Program-made: the position numbers and the translations under genes
Source of the DNA: Candidatus Sericytochromatia bacterium
GTDB taxonomy: Bacteria; Cyanobacteriota; Sericytochromatia; S15B-MN24; UBA4093
Direction of reading: 5' to 3'
DNA: 64,000 bases
Assembly: GCA_036676495.1 (NCBI GenBank)
Contig: JAKFCT010000001.1
Span: forward strand, 26,335-90,334
Notes under the pieces: generated by a model
The model's database searches: none
Told to the model about the DNA's origin: nothing
Seen by the model: the letters and a program-made list of their open reading frames with translations, nothing else
Shown here: positions 26,606 through 35,591 of the stretch, one piece after another
Position numbering within the stretch: position 1 is the first letter of the stretch
Layout: each line of letters starts with the position of its first letter

Positions 26606-27220
26606 ATGCTCGACTCGATAGGCAAGCTCGCGTCCCGCGCCCTCACGGCCCCCTTCCGGGCGACGCCGCCGGTCGCCGAGTCCCCCGCCGCGCCGCCCTC
26701 CCCAGGCAAGCCGTCTGCTGCCGCGGATCGGGCCATCGGCCTCGCGGGACGCGAGCAGATCGCGGCGTTCGCCCAGCCGCTCACTCCGCTCGAGGAGTTT
26801 CGCGAGCAGGCGCAGGCCATGATGGCCGGGATGGACGTCCTCACTCGGGTCGAGGCCGAGCGGATGCTGGCGGCGTTGACGCGCGACCTCAATCCCGGCG
26901 AGTCGCTGGGCGAGTTCCGCGCCCAGCTCAAGACGATGTTCAACAAGTTCAAGCAGTTCGTGGACGGCAAGCAGGACGAGCAGCGCCACGTCAGGGCCGA
27001 GGCCGACGCGCAGTGGCTGCTGTTCTACCAGTCTCTCGAGCGCTACCTCTTGCAGCTCGCGACGCTCGCGAAGGTGGAAGCCGACGTGCTGGACCGCCGC
27101 CAGAAGGAGTCGAAGAGCGAGGCCGTGTATAGCGAGCGCCTGCTGGTCGCCGCCGCGGCGACCCAGGCTCCGGAGCAGCGGGTCACGTTGTTGAGCGCGC
27201 AGCTGAGCCGGAAGTCTTAA
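26606..27220 (+). CDS. hypothetical helical protein with Pro/Ala-rich N-terminus
   Basis: AAGGAGG RBS before ATG 26606. Confidence 0.75.
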   Translation: MLDSIGKLASRALTAPFRATPPVAESPAAPPSPGKPSAAADRAIGLAGREQIAAFAQPLTPLEEFREQAQAMMAGMDVLTRVEAERMLAALTRDLNPGESLGEFRAQLKTMFNKFKQFVDGKQDEQRHVRAEADAQWLLFYQSLERYLLQLATLAKVEADVLDRRQKESKSEAVYSERLLVAAAATQAPEQRVTLLSAQLSRKS

Positions 27221-27359
27221 GCCGGGGGGCTCGCGGCCAAAGGCTCGCATGCCGTCGATGAGGCATGCGAGCCAGGCCGCTTAGCGGGCCTCCGGCCCTT
27301 GTCTTCCCGGCGGCTCCCTCCTAAGATCGCGAGCGTACGGTTGAGCAAGGGAGATCGCC

Positions 27360-29009
27360 TTGGGCTTCCCATTCGGCCTTCCACCGATCACGCGCTATCG
27401 GCAGATTTTTTCCGTCATGGCGCGCTATGGCTTCGCGGATCTGGCCGAGGAGCTGGGCTACGAGGGCCTGATTCCTCGCACGTGGCGCCGCCCGCGCCCG
27501 GAGGCGGATCCCGACGAAACGCGCGCGCTCAACCTTCGCCTGGCCCTTCAGGAGCTGGGGCCCACCTACATCAAGCTGGGGCAGGTGCTCTCCACCCGCC
27601 CCGATCTCCTCCCGGCCCCCTACATCCGCGAACTGGAAAACCTTCAGGACCGCATCCCCCCCTTTCCGGGCGAGATCGCCAAGGCCCTGATCGAAGCCGA
27701 GCTGGGAGCTCCCATCAGCGAGCTCTTCATGGTCTTCTACGACACGCCGCTCGCTTCGGCCTCCCTCTCCCAGGCCCATGAAGCCATCCTTCCCGACGGC
27801 ACCCAGGTGATCGTCAAGGTCCAGCGGCCGGAGGCCGCCGATCGGGTGAAACGGGACATCCCCGCGCTGCGCAGCCTCGCGAAGCTCTTCGAGTCCCGCA
27901 CCGAATGGGGGAAGCTCTACGACCTGACCGGAGTGGTCAACGAGCTCGAGCGCAACCTCCTCATGGAGCTGAACTTCCTGCGCGAGCGCTTCAACCTCGA
28001 GACCCTGGCCGAAAACCTCGCGCCCTTTCCGCGGATCAAAGTTCCCAAGGTCTATCCCGGCTACTCCAGCCCGCGGGTGCTGGTCATGGAGCGCGTCTTC
28101 GGCAAGAAGCCCAATGGCGGCAGGCGGGAACCGGAGCTCGCCATCGAGTTCCTGCGCGCGTTCCTCAAGCAGTTCGCCGAAGACGGCTTCTTCCATGCCG
28201 ATCCCCACCCGGGAAACGTCCTGCTGACCGAGGACGGCGACCTCTACCTGATCGACCTGGGCATGGTGGGCTACCTGGACTCCCGGACGCGCCGCGGAGT
28301 GACCAAGTTCCTGCTGGCCATGATGGGGCATCGCGGCGACACCGCGGCCGAGGTGCTGGTCGAGCTGGGGGATCCCTTGCGGGACTTCCAGATGAACGTC
28401 TACCGGCTGGAAATCGGGCGGTTGGTCTCGCGGTTCCACAACACCCCGCTCTCCGAGCTGAACGTCGGCGAGGTCATGACCGAGGCGGTCCGGATCGGCT
28501 CTCAGAGCCGGCTGCGATTCCAGTCCCAGCTCTTGCTGCTGGTGAAGGCCTTGACCCAGATCGACGGCATCGCCCGCGCGCTGGATCCGGAGGCGGATCT
28601 GCTCGACATCCTCCAGCCCTACTTGCCATCGGTGGTGGCCGATCAGGTCGGGGAGCTGACCAGCCCCATGAACCTCCTGCACACCGGCATCGAAGCCACC
28701 GAAGTCGCCCTCGACCTGCCGCGCAAGATGAGCATCCTGCTGGACAAGATCAACGCCGACAACCGGATCCGCATCCAGTTCGAGCATGTCGCGCTGGCGG
28801 AGGCCTTCGAGCCCTTCGGCAAGTGGATCAACCGGATCGTGCTGGGGATCGTCTTCGCGGCCCTGGCGATCGCCTCGGCCATGATCATCTCCACCGGGGC
28901 AGGCCCCCAGTGGTTCGGTCACCCGGCGCTGGGGGTGCTGGGCTTTTTCTTGTCGATGCTGCTCGGCATCTACCTGGTCGTGACGATCCTCCGCACCCGC
29001 CTGCTCTGA
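27360..29009 (+). CDS. ABC1/AarF/UbiB family atypical kinase
   Basis: LGPTYIKLGQ, ASASLSQAH, VKVQRP, HADPHPGN, IDLG, two C-terminal TMs. Confidence 0.93.
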   Translation: MGFPFGLPPITRYRQIFSVMARYGFADLAEELGYEGLIPRTWRRPRPEADPDETRALNLRLALQELGPTYIKLGQVLSTRPDLLPAPYIRELENLQDRIPPFPGEIAKALIEAELGAPISELFMVFYDTPLASASLSQAHEAILPDGTQVIVKVQRPEAADRVKRDIPALRSLAKLFESRTEWGKLYDLTGVVNELERNLLMELNFLRERFNLETLAENLAPFPRIKVPKVYPGYSSPRVLVMERVFGKKPNGGRREPELAIEFLRAFLKQFAEDGFFHADPHPGNVLLTEDGDLYLIDLGMVGYLDSRTRRGVTKFLLAMMGHRGDTAAEVLVELGDPLRDFQMNVYRLEIGRLVSRFHNTPLSELNVGEVMTEAVRIGSQSRLRFQSQLLLLVKALTQIDGIARALDPEADLLDILQPYLPSVVADQVGELTSPMNLLHTGIEATEVALDLPRKMSILLDKINADNRIRIQFEHVALAEAFEPFGKWINRIVLGIVFAALAIASAMIISTGAGPQWFGHPALGVLGFFLSMLLGIYLVVTILRTRLL

Positions 29010-29130
29010 GGCGGAGCGTCACTCCCGCAAGGACGATGGGGGATCCCGGCAAGACGACCCTTGACCAAGCGCCCGGAACGCGCGTAAACTTTCTTAACAC
29101 TCCTGACATGGAGGGGAGAGGGGATGCGTC

Positions 29131-29760
29131 ATGAACCTGGAAATCGGCGCGGAGGTGCTGGGCCCTGACGGGAAACTCGGGACGCTGACTCAGATCGTGA
29201 TCGAGCCGCTGGGAGAGCGGGTCACCCATGTGATCGTGGAGCGGGGCGGGCTTCACCCCTGGGAGAAGGTGGTCCCCACCGACACCCTCACGCACACGGA
29301 AAACGCGCGGGTCTGGACGACGCTCAGCCTCAGCGAGATGGAAGCCCTTCCCGATTTCCTCTCGCTCAGCCACTCGGAGACGGCGCCGGCGATGCCCACG
29401 GAGGTTCCGCTGGCGGACTTGCAGCCGGTCGGCCTCCTCTGGCCGTCCAACGTGCTCGGCTGGTACTTGCCCTCTCATCAGAGCCGCACCCCGGCTCCTC
29501 CCCAGGCCAACCTGCCTCCCGGCTCGCACGGCCTCAAATCCGGCACCGAGGTGCATTGCCGGGACGGGATGGTGGGGCACCTCGACGAGGTCGTCTACGA
29601 CCAAGCGTCGGGCCGTGCCACGGGGATGATCATCCGGAAGGGCTTCTTCTTCGCGCGGGAGCTGGAGGCCCCCATCGACTGGGTGGAGGCCATCAACGAC
29701 ACGATCCGGTTGCGGGTCAGCTGCGACGAGGTCCCGCCGCGGCGCCGGCGGCGTCGCTAG
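29131..29760 (+). CDS. tandem PRC-barrel domain protein
   Basis: Two GAEV..DG.LG...IV / GTEV..DG.VG...VV barrels. Confidence 0.8.
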   Translation: MNLEIGAEVLGPDGKLGTLTQIVIEPLGERVTHVIVERGGLHPWEKVVPTDTLTHTENARVWTTLSLSEMEALPDFLSLSHSETAPAMPTEVPLADLQPVGLLWPSNVLGWYLPSHQSRTPAPPQANLPPGSHGLKSGTEVHCRDGMVGHLDEVVYDQASGRATGMIIRKGFFFARELEAPIDWVEAINDTIRLRVSCDEVPPRRRRRR

Positions 29761-29761
29761 C

Positions 29762-30787
29762 TTACTCGTTCGCCCAGAGGGTGGCGGTGTCCAGGCCGAT
29801 CGCCCCGATCCGGACGAGGTTGGCCGGATTGAAACGGTCCCCGGGAGCCTTCGCGATCCGATCGCGCTCGGGCAGGGTGTCGTCAGGCGTGTGCAGGTAC
29901 TTGCTGAAAACCGGCTCCGCGTAGTAGCAGATGGCCCGCACTCCGGCCTTGCGGAACGCCGCGTGATCGCTGGATGCTCCCGGGGGCAGGGCCTCGTGGG
30001 CATGGCCGCGCTCCCCATGAGGCACCTTGAATTCGCCGTAAAGCGGCTGCATGCCGCGGCGGCGGGCGATCGCCTCGATCGGATCCACCGACTTCGCCCC
30101 GGTCCGGATCCAGTCCGTCCCCAGCGTATCCGTCTGACCCACCGCGATGCAGTCCAGGTTGACCATGCCCGCGATCTGCTTCAGGGCGATGGGCTGAGCG
30201 CCCGACGCGGTCGGCACAACCGGGTTACGGGTGTAATAGGTGGACCCGATCAGGCCCAGTTCCTCCCCCGAGAAGGCCATGAACATCACGCTGGACTTGG
30301 GCCCCTTGCCCGCCTTGGCGCGCTCGGCCATGACCCGGGCGATCTCCAGCACCGCCGCGGTGCCTCCGGCATTGTCATTGGCCCCAAAGTAAATCGTGTT
30401 GCCGCGTTTGCCCAGGTGATCCTTGTGGGCGCCGACGACGACGAAGCGATCGGGGCGCTCCGAGCCCTTCAAGACGGCGATGACGTTGTAGGCCGTCCCG
30501 CTGAAGCGGCGATCGGTGAAGGGCTGGAGGGTGACTTCGAGGCCCAGCTTGCGGAACTGCTCGACCAGGTAGGTGTCAGCGAGGGCGTCTCCCTCGGACG
30601 CGGTCATGCGGCCGGCCAGGGCGGGCTCGGTGAGGTAGGCGACGTGCGCGACCGCGCGGGCGGCATCGAGGGGGTTGCTCTCGGACGATGCCGACAGCGG
30701 AGAGCCCACCTGGTGCTGAAGGGACGGAGACGGTCCCCCACAGGCGGCTAGCAGAACGATCACGCCAAGGCTTGCAAGCTTTCTCAT
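29762..30787 (-). CDS. M28 family peptidase, lipoprotein
   Basis: LAAC lipobox; GAHKDH, GANDN, GEELG, NLD, SDH, LHTPDD. Confidence 0.92.
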   Translation of the reverse strand: MRKLASLGVIVLLAACGGPSPSLQHQVGSPLSASSESNPLDAARAVAHVAYLTEPALAGRMTASEGDALADTYLVEQFRKLGLEVTLQPFTDRRFSGTAYNVIAVLKGSERPDRFVVVGAHKDHLGKRGNTIYFGANDNAGGTAAVLEIARVMAERAKAGKGPKSSVMFMAFSGEELGLIGSTYYTRNPVVPTASGAQPIALKQIAGMVNLDCIAVGQTDTLGTDWIRTGAKSVDPIEAIARRRGMQPLYGEFKVPHGERGHAHEALPPGASSDHAAFRKAGVRAICYYAEPVFSKYLHTPDDTLPERDRIAKAPGDRFNPANLVRIGAIGLDTATLWANE

Positions 30788-30842
30788 CCGACCCTCCCTC
30801 GTTTCCGTGTCAGGAAAAGCATAAGGGATAATCGAATTTTAA

Positions 30843-32270
30843 TCAATCCTTTACCAAGCCACCGGTCGCCTCCCCGAATTCAGGGGCGAGGGACGGCGAG
30901 GACGCAGCAGATAAGGGCGAGGGTTGACCAGAGAAGGGCGAGGGTTGACCGGAGAAGAGCGACGAGAGGCGGAAGTCCACGAACTGCTGGGGGTCGTCGA
31001 CCTGTTCGCGTCCCATGGAGACCCAGAGGCGATCGCCCTGGAGCTGGGAGACCATGGCCGTGACGGACGTGAGACGCCCCCAGTCTCCCAATACCACGGG
31101 GCCCAGGGCCATGCGGACCGGGACGGAGCGCGAGATCGACTGGGCCGTGGGGCCGCGCGTCCCGGAAACCGGATCGATGAGGTCCGCGAGCACGGCCTTC
31201 GCGCGTTCGGGATCGAGCTGGCCGTACTGGGCGGCCAGAAGCTTTCCGAAGCGCTCGTCCCGTGCGCCCGGCTTCGCCTGCGAGAGGCCTTGGGCTTTGA
31301 AGGTCCCCATGCTCTGGGCGAGATCCGCGAGCGAACCGCCCGAGCCATAGGATCTCGCGGCGACCTGGCCGCCGGAGGCCTCGACGTAGCGGGCGCCTTC
31401 GCCTTGGGCCAGGGTCGCGACGAAGGCCTGGCTGGTCGCGCCGGCGGCACGGCGCAGCTCGGCCTCGGCGGCATCCGGGCCTTCGGCGTTCATCACGCGC
31501 AGCGTGAGCCAGCGCGGGGGCAGGCCCGCCGTCTTCGAAGCACCTGCCACCGGGTCGATGGCGGCGAAGAGGCCGTTCTCGCTCCATGCGGCCTCGGCGG
31601 CCAAAGAGCCGACCCGGGTCAAGGCGACCCAAGCGGGGCCCGATTCCGGGTGATGCACCCAGAGCATGGTGAAGCGCTGGCGCGTCCCGAAGGTGAGATC
31701 ATCCGAGATGCGGCCGAGGAGGGGCCTTCCGTCGAGGCTGGCCTTCCCGCGGGCGATGAAGCCGCCGCCGCCCGGCAGCAGGGCGGGCAGGTTCTTGGAG
31801 AGCGCGGCGTAAGGGGGATCGGTGGAAAGCAGCAGGATATCCGCCATGGCGAGCCCGGAGCCCGTGGCGAGGCCTCTCAGGAAGTCCCGCTCGTCCTGGG
31901 TGAGGTGCCGATCCTGCTGGCGCGCGTAGAAGCGGTGGACGAAGCCCGGCGTCAGGACGAAGGCCGGAAAGGCGCGTCGCTCATGGTAATCGCGGACCTG
32001 ATCGCGGATGCGCTCGCGCATGAGGGTGCCCTGCTGCATCCCGGCCTGGAAAAGCGTTCCACGGGTCTCCATGATCAGGACTCCCCGGTCCCGGATGACC
32101 CGCCCCTGGGTATCGACGCTCTTGGCGATGACCTGGCGCTCGGGCATCGCGGGGCCATTGGGGACGTTGGGAATGGCCTCTCCACAAGCGACCAGGAGAG
32201 ACGCCCCCAGCAAAAGGGCAGGAAGAGCGAACTTGGGACGGACGATCTGGGGCAACGGTCTATGCTCCAC
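30843..32270 (-). CDS. C45-like (Ntn-fold) lipoprotein, probably catalytically degenerate
   Basis: LVAC lipobox; G.QQG..M.E.I, GLATGSG, DGRPLLGR, SENGL. Confidence 0.65.
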   Translation of the reverse strand: MEHRPLPQIVRPKFALPALLLGASLLVACGEAIPNVPNGPAMPERQVIAKSVDTQGRVIRDRGVLIMETRGTLFQAGMQQGTLMRERIRDQVRDYHERRAFPAFVLTPGFVHRFYARQQDRHLTQDERDFLRGLATGSGLAMADILLLSTDPPYAALSKNLPALLPGGGGFIARGKASLDGRPLLGRISDDLTFGTRQRFTMLWVHHPESGPAWVALTRVGSLAAEAAWSENGLFAAIDPVAGASKTAGLPPRWLTLRVMNAEGPDAAEAELRRAAGATSQAFVATLAQGEGARYVEASGGQVAARSYGSGGSLADLAQSMGTFKAQGLSQAKPGARDERFGKLLAAQYGQLDPERAKAVLADLIDPVSGTRGPTAQSISRSVPVRMALGPVVLGDWGRLTSVTAMVSQLQGDRLWVSMGREQVDDPQQFVDFRLSSLFSGQPSPFSGQPSPLSAASSPSLAPEFGEATGGLVKD

Positions 32271-32399
32271 GGAGGCGGCTTCCCGTCGGGGGCCTCCGGC
32301 TTGGGACGCTCGGAAGCACCCGAACGGCGGTTACCCGCTGATCATACACGATCGCGCCGCCTTCCCGCAGCCCCCGGAAGCAGTCCGTCACTCGGCGGG

Positions 32400-34235
32400 C
32401 TAAGGGTTATCCACCACGGTGGCCTCGGCGAGCCGCTCCATGCGGGTGGTCTTCACGGTCTCCGCTCCGTAGCGCCCGAGGTAGAGGTGGATATTCTCCC
32501 GGTTCCTCAGGTACATCCAGAGCCCGTATTCGTAGGCCTCGAGGCATTGCCGCGTGCATCGCTTCAAGGCGTCCCTGAGCTCGTTCTCGTCCATGCCGCT
32601 GATCGCCTTGTAGGTGAGCGTGGTCGAGAGCTCCTCGACGTCCTCGATCACCTCGAGGATGCCGTGCTTCTCGGCCTCATGGTAGAGCGGGCTCTGCTTG
32701 TTCAGCGAGAATACCGAGCGCCCGTAGGCATGAATGATATCCGTGTTCTGACAGATCGAGTCGATGGTCATCTGGGCCTCGTCCCGGGTTTCGGTCGGAT
32801 ACCCGAAGAAGAGGTAGTTGAAGTTGAAGATGCCCGCGTCGGAGGAGGCCCTCAGGATGTCGAAGCGCTGCTGGTAGCCGACTCCCTTGTTGATGAGCTC
32901 GAGGATCCGGGGGGATCCGGTCTCGTAGCCCCAGAGGACCATCCGGAGGCCCGCCGCGTAGAGCAGTTCGAAGAGGTCGGGTGTGAAGGCCTTCTCGATG
33001 CGCCCGTTGCAGAACCAGGTGATGTCGAGTTCCTCGTCGATGAACCGCTGGGCCAGCTTGCGCATGTAGGCGGGGCGCATCGACTCGTCGATGAACTGGA
33101 AGTTCCGGATGCCGTAGCGGTCCTTCAGGTAGCGGATCTCCGCAACCAGCCGGTCGAGGCTCTTGACGTCGTTCTCGACCCCGTAGAAGGAGTCGCAGAA
33201 GGTGCACTGCCCCCAGTAACAGCCCTTGCTGGCTCGGATCGTGAGGATCAGCTCGGGAGAGAGGTACTTGTCGAGTGGGAAGCCCTCGAGGTCCTGGAAG
33301 CCGATCACGTCCATCGCGAGGGGCTTGCGGGCAGAAGTCATCCGCACGGCGTCGCCGTCCAGGTAAAGCAGACTGGGGACGTGCTCGAGGCTCTCGCCGC
33401 GTTCGAGGGCTTGCACCAGGGAAAGCAGTTGATCCTCTCCTTCACCGAAGCAGAGGCTGTGCGCGAAGGCCTTGAAGAACTCGGGACGCTGGGAGAGGGC
33501 CTCGGTGACGCGCGTGAAGAAGTTGCCGCCGATGCCGATATGCATGCCCGCGGGGGCCGCCTGGCGCAGCATGTAGGCGAGCGTCAGGCCCGGCACCACC
33601 TGGGAGAAGCAGTTGATGGAGATGCCCACGTAATCCGCATCCGAGGCCAGCAGTTCCGGCAGGACCTCCTCGTAGTACGGGATGAACATGTTGCTCTTGC
33701 GGTCCTGGGCCTGAGCGATGAGGCTATTGGTGTTCATCATGAGGCCCGGCTGCTCGAAGTAGTTGAAGCTGAGCTGCGAGGGGAAGTAAGGAGTCGAGGC
33801 CGCCTTGAGGGCCAGGTCGATGACGTGGAGGGCCTCCAGCAGCATGTCCGGGTTGTAGAAGCGCCGCGGGTCCTTGAGGGTCTCCTTGGCGTCCATGATC
33901 AGGTGGGGCAGGTGATCGAGCATTTCCCCGTGCTCGTCCACGAAGCGGCGGATCGCCCGGAGCCGGACCCGGTCGAGCTGGGCGTCGAGCGAATTCGGTT
34001 CGAGCATGAGCTTGAAGCTGCTCTGCGGGCCCAGGTACTCGAGGTCGAGGTGCAGGCGGTCCCGGACGCGCTGGAGGTGCTGCGGGCTCAGCACATGATC
34101 GTAGTACTCGATGTTGAGGTCACGGACGTCGACCTCGACGCCGTGGTGGCGGAGGTGACCCGCCAGCGCCCGCAGCGCGAAGTGGGGGTGCTGCGGGCTC
34201 CACTGGGGGGGAAAGATCAGGAGCGCCTTCGCCAT
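32400..34235 (-). CDS. cobalamin-binding (class B-type) radical SAM protein
   Basis: N-terminal B12-binding region (IFPPQW, IGGN, GEGE); GCYWGQCTFC; FIDE, GYETG. Confidence 0.92.
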   Translation of the reverse strand: MAKALLIFPPQWSPQHPHFALRALAGHLRHHGVEVDVRDLNIEYYDHVLSPQHLQRVRDRLHLDLEYLGPQSSFKLMLEPNSLDAQLDRVRLRAIRRFVDEHGEMLDHLPHLIMDAKETLKDPRRFYNPDMLLEALHVIDLALKAASTPYFPSQLSFNYFEQPGLMMNTNSLIAQAQDRKSNMFIPYYEEVLPELLASDADYVGISINCFSQVVPGLTLAYMLRQAAPAGMHIGIGGNFFTRVTEALSQRPEFFKAFAHSLCFGEGEDQLLSLVQALERGESLEHVPSLLYLDGDAVRMTSARKPLAMDVIGFQDLEGFPLDKYLSPELILTIRASKGCYWGQCTFCDSFYGVENDVKSLDRLVAEIRYLKDRYGIRNFQFIDESMRPAYMRKLAQRFIDEELDITWFCNGRIEKAFTPDLFELLYAAGLRMVLWGYETGSPRILELINKGVGYQQRFDILRASSDAGIFNFNYLFFGYPTETRDEAQMTIDSICQNTDIIHAYGRSVFSLNKQSPLYHEAEKHGILEVIEDVEELSTTLTYKAISGMDENELRDALKRCTRQCLEAYEYGLWMYLRNRENIHLYLGRYGAETVKTTRMERLAEATVVDNP

Positions 34236-34513
34236 CAGGCCTCTCCCAGGATGGCCTTGGCGGCCCGCGTGAACTCATGCAGCTCTTTGATCAGGGGCAG
34301 CATGACCTGCATGCGGTTGTGCTCGATCTCGGCGATCGCCTCGTCGTGCCGTTGCTTCTTGGCAGCGATGTCCTCGCTGCGTCCGGTCATCTTGAGCTCG
34401 AGGAGCATCTCCTTGAGGGCGCGCTCGCGTGTGATGAGCTGGTCGAGTCGCTGGACGCGCTCCACGACCTCGGCCTTGCTGAGTAACGGGGCAGCGTGAT
34501 GTTGCATGGCCAT
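34235..34513 (-). CDS. small coiled-coil protein
   Basis: TGATG overlap with radical SAM start; start may be 34507. Confidence 0.8.
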   Translation of the reverse strand: MAMQHHAAPLLSKAEVVERVQRLDQLITRERALKEMLLELKMTGRSEDIAAKKQRHDEAIAEIEHNRMQVMLPLIKELHEFTRAAKAILGEA

Positions 34514-34519
34514 CCTCGG

Positions 34520-35554
34520 CTAGACGGTGGGAGTCTTGGTGGACGGGGTCGACGCGCTTCCGGAGGCCGGAGTGGTGGGAGTGCTGGCCGCCGGGGCATC
34601 TCCGGTGGGCGCCGTGCCGGGAGTCGAGCCTTGTCCCGAGGGGGGCCCCGCGGTCACCGTCCGTGCCGCGGCCGCTTCGATCCCGCGTGACGCCTCGATG
34701 TCGGCCTTACGGCGCTGCTCCATCTTCTCGACGGTATCGAGCGCGTCCTTGGCCACCTGGGCGGCCAGTGCCAGACCGTCGTTTCGATTTCCCCCGCCCT
34801 GGATGCTGGCCGGATCGATGCCCAGGTCCGTGAGCGCCTGCTCGAAGCCCATGTCATGCGTGGTGAGCATGCCGTCGCCGTTGGAGTCCATGGCGATGAC
34901 GTTCCCGGTCTCCCGGTTGACGACGGCCAGCATGCCCCCTTCGCGCTTGACCTCGGCGTCGATCCCGTACTCTTCCTTGAGGATCTTGGCCAGCTCCTCG
35001 AATCCCACCATGCCTTCCTTTTGCTTGAGCACGGAATAGACCGCGATCAGCTCGTCCTCGGTCATGGTGAGGGTCTTGCTGGCCGGAGCCCCCATGCCGC
35101 TGCCGCCGACGGAGACGCTGGCCATCCGGATCGGGGGAGGGGCGGCTTCCATGGCGGGCGCGCTAGGAGGCGGCTCGATCGAGGCCGGCACCGGCGGAGG
35201 GGAGGCGAGCGTGATCTCCTCTCCCGGAGGCGAGGAGGGGATCTCGATCTCGGTCTGCGGGGTCAGGACCGTCTCGGCCCACTGGGCCGTATTCTCGGTG
35301 GCCTGCGGGGGAAGCTCGAGATCGGTCTTGGGGGTCCAGACGAGTTCCGCCCACTGCGAGGTGGTGCCATTCAAGCCGAGTTCCGAGGTGGTACCAGCAG
35401 CGCCGAGTGCGACCGCGTCTCCGCCGGGAGCGGCGGTCGATTGCACGGATCCGGGCTCGACTGGCCCCGCCGGCGCTTCCGGCGCGGGGCCGGCAGCGCC
35501 CGGAGTGACCAGGGGGCGTGGGTTCAACGGGTTGTTCGAAAGCGGGCTCGTCAT
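34520..35554 (-). CDS. Pro-rich protein with duplicated QWAE motif and EF-hand-like loop
   Basis: AAGGAGG RBS; TSQWAELVWTPKTDLELP / TAQWAETVLTPQTEIEIP; DSNGDGMLTTHD. Confidence 0.82.
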   Translation of the reverse strand: MTSPLSNNPLNPRPLVTPGAAGPAPEAPAGPVEPGSVQSTAAPGGDAVALGAAGTTSELGLNGTTSQWAELVWTPKTDLELPPQATENTAQWAETVLTPQTEIEIPSSPPGEEITLASPPPVPASIEPPPSAPAMEAAPPPIRMASVSVGGSGMGAPASKTLTMTEDELIAVYSVLKQKEGMVGFEELAKILKEEYGIDAEVKREGGMLAVVNRETGNVIAMDSNGDGMLTTHDMGFEQALTDLGIDPASIQGGGNRNDGLALAAQVAKDALDTVEKMEQRRKADIEASRGIEAAAARTVTAGPPSGQGSTPGTAPTGDAPAASTPTTPASGSASTPSTKTPTV

Positions 35555-35591
35555 CGTTGCCTCCTTGATTGGGGGAGCGGCATGGCCTCCG

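Noticed and set aside
30924-34499. 1191-aa + strand ORF, and similar long ORFs at 2..793, 5704..7749, 40309..42021, 42660..44351 and 57167..58870
   Set aside because: Antisense shadows of well-supported genes, expected with strong GC3 bias; no motifs of their own
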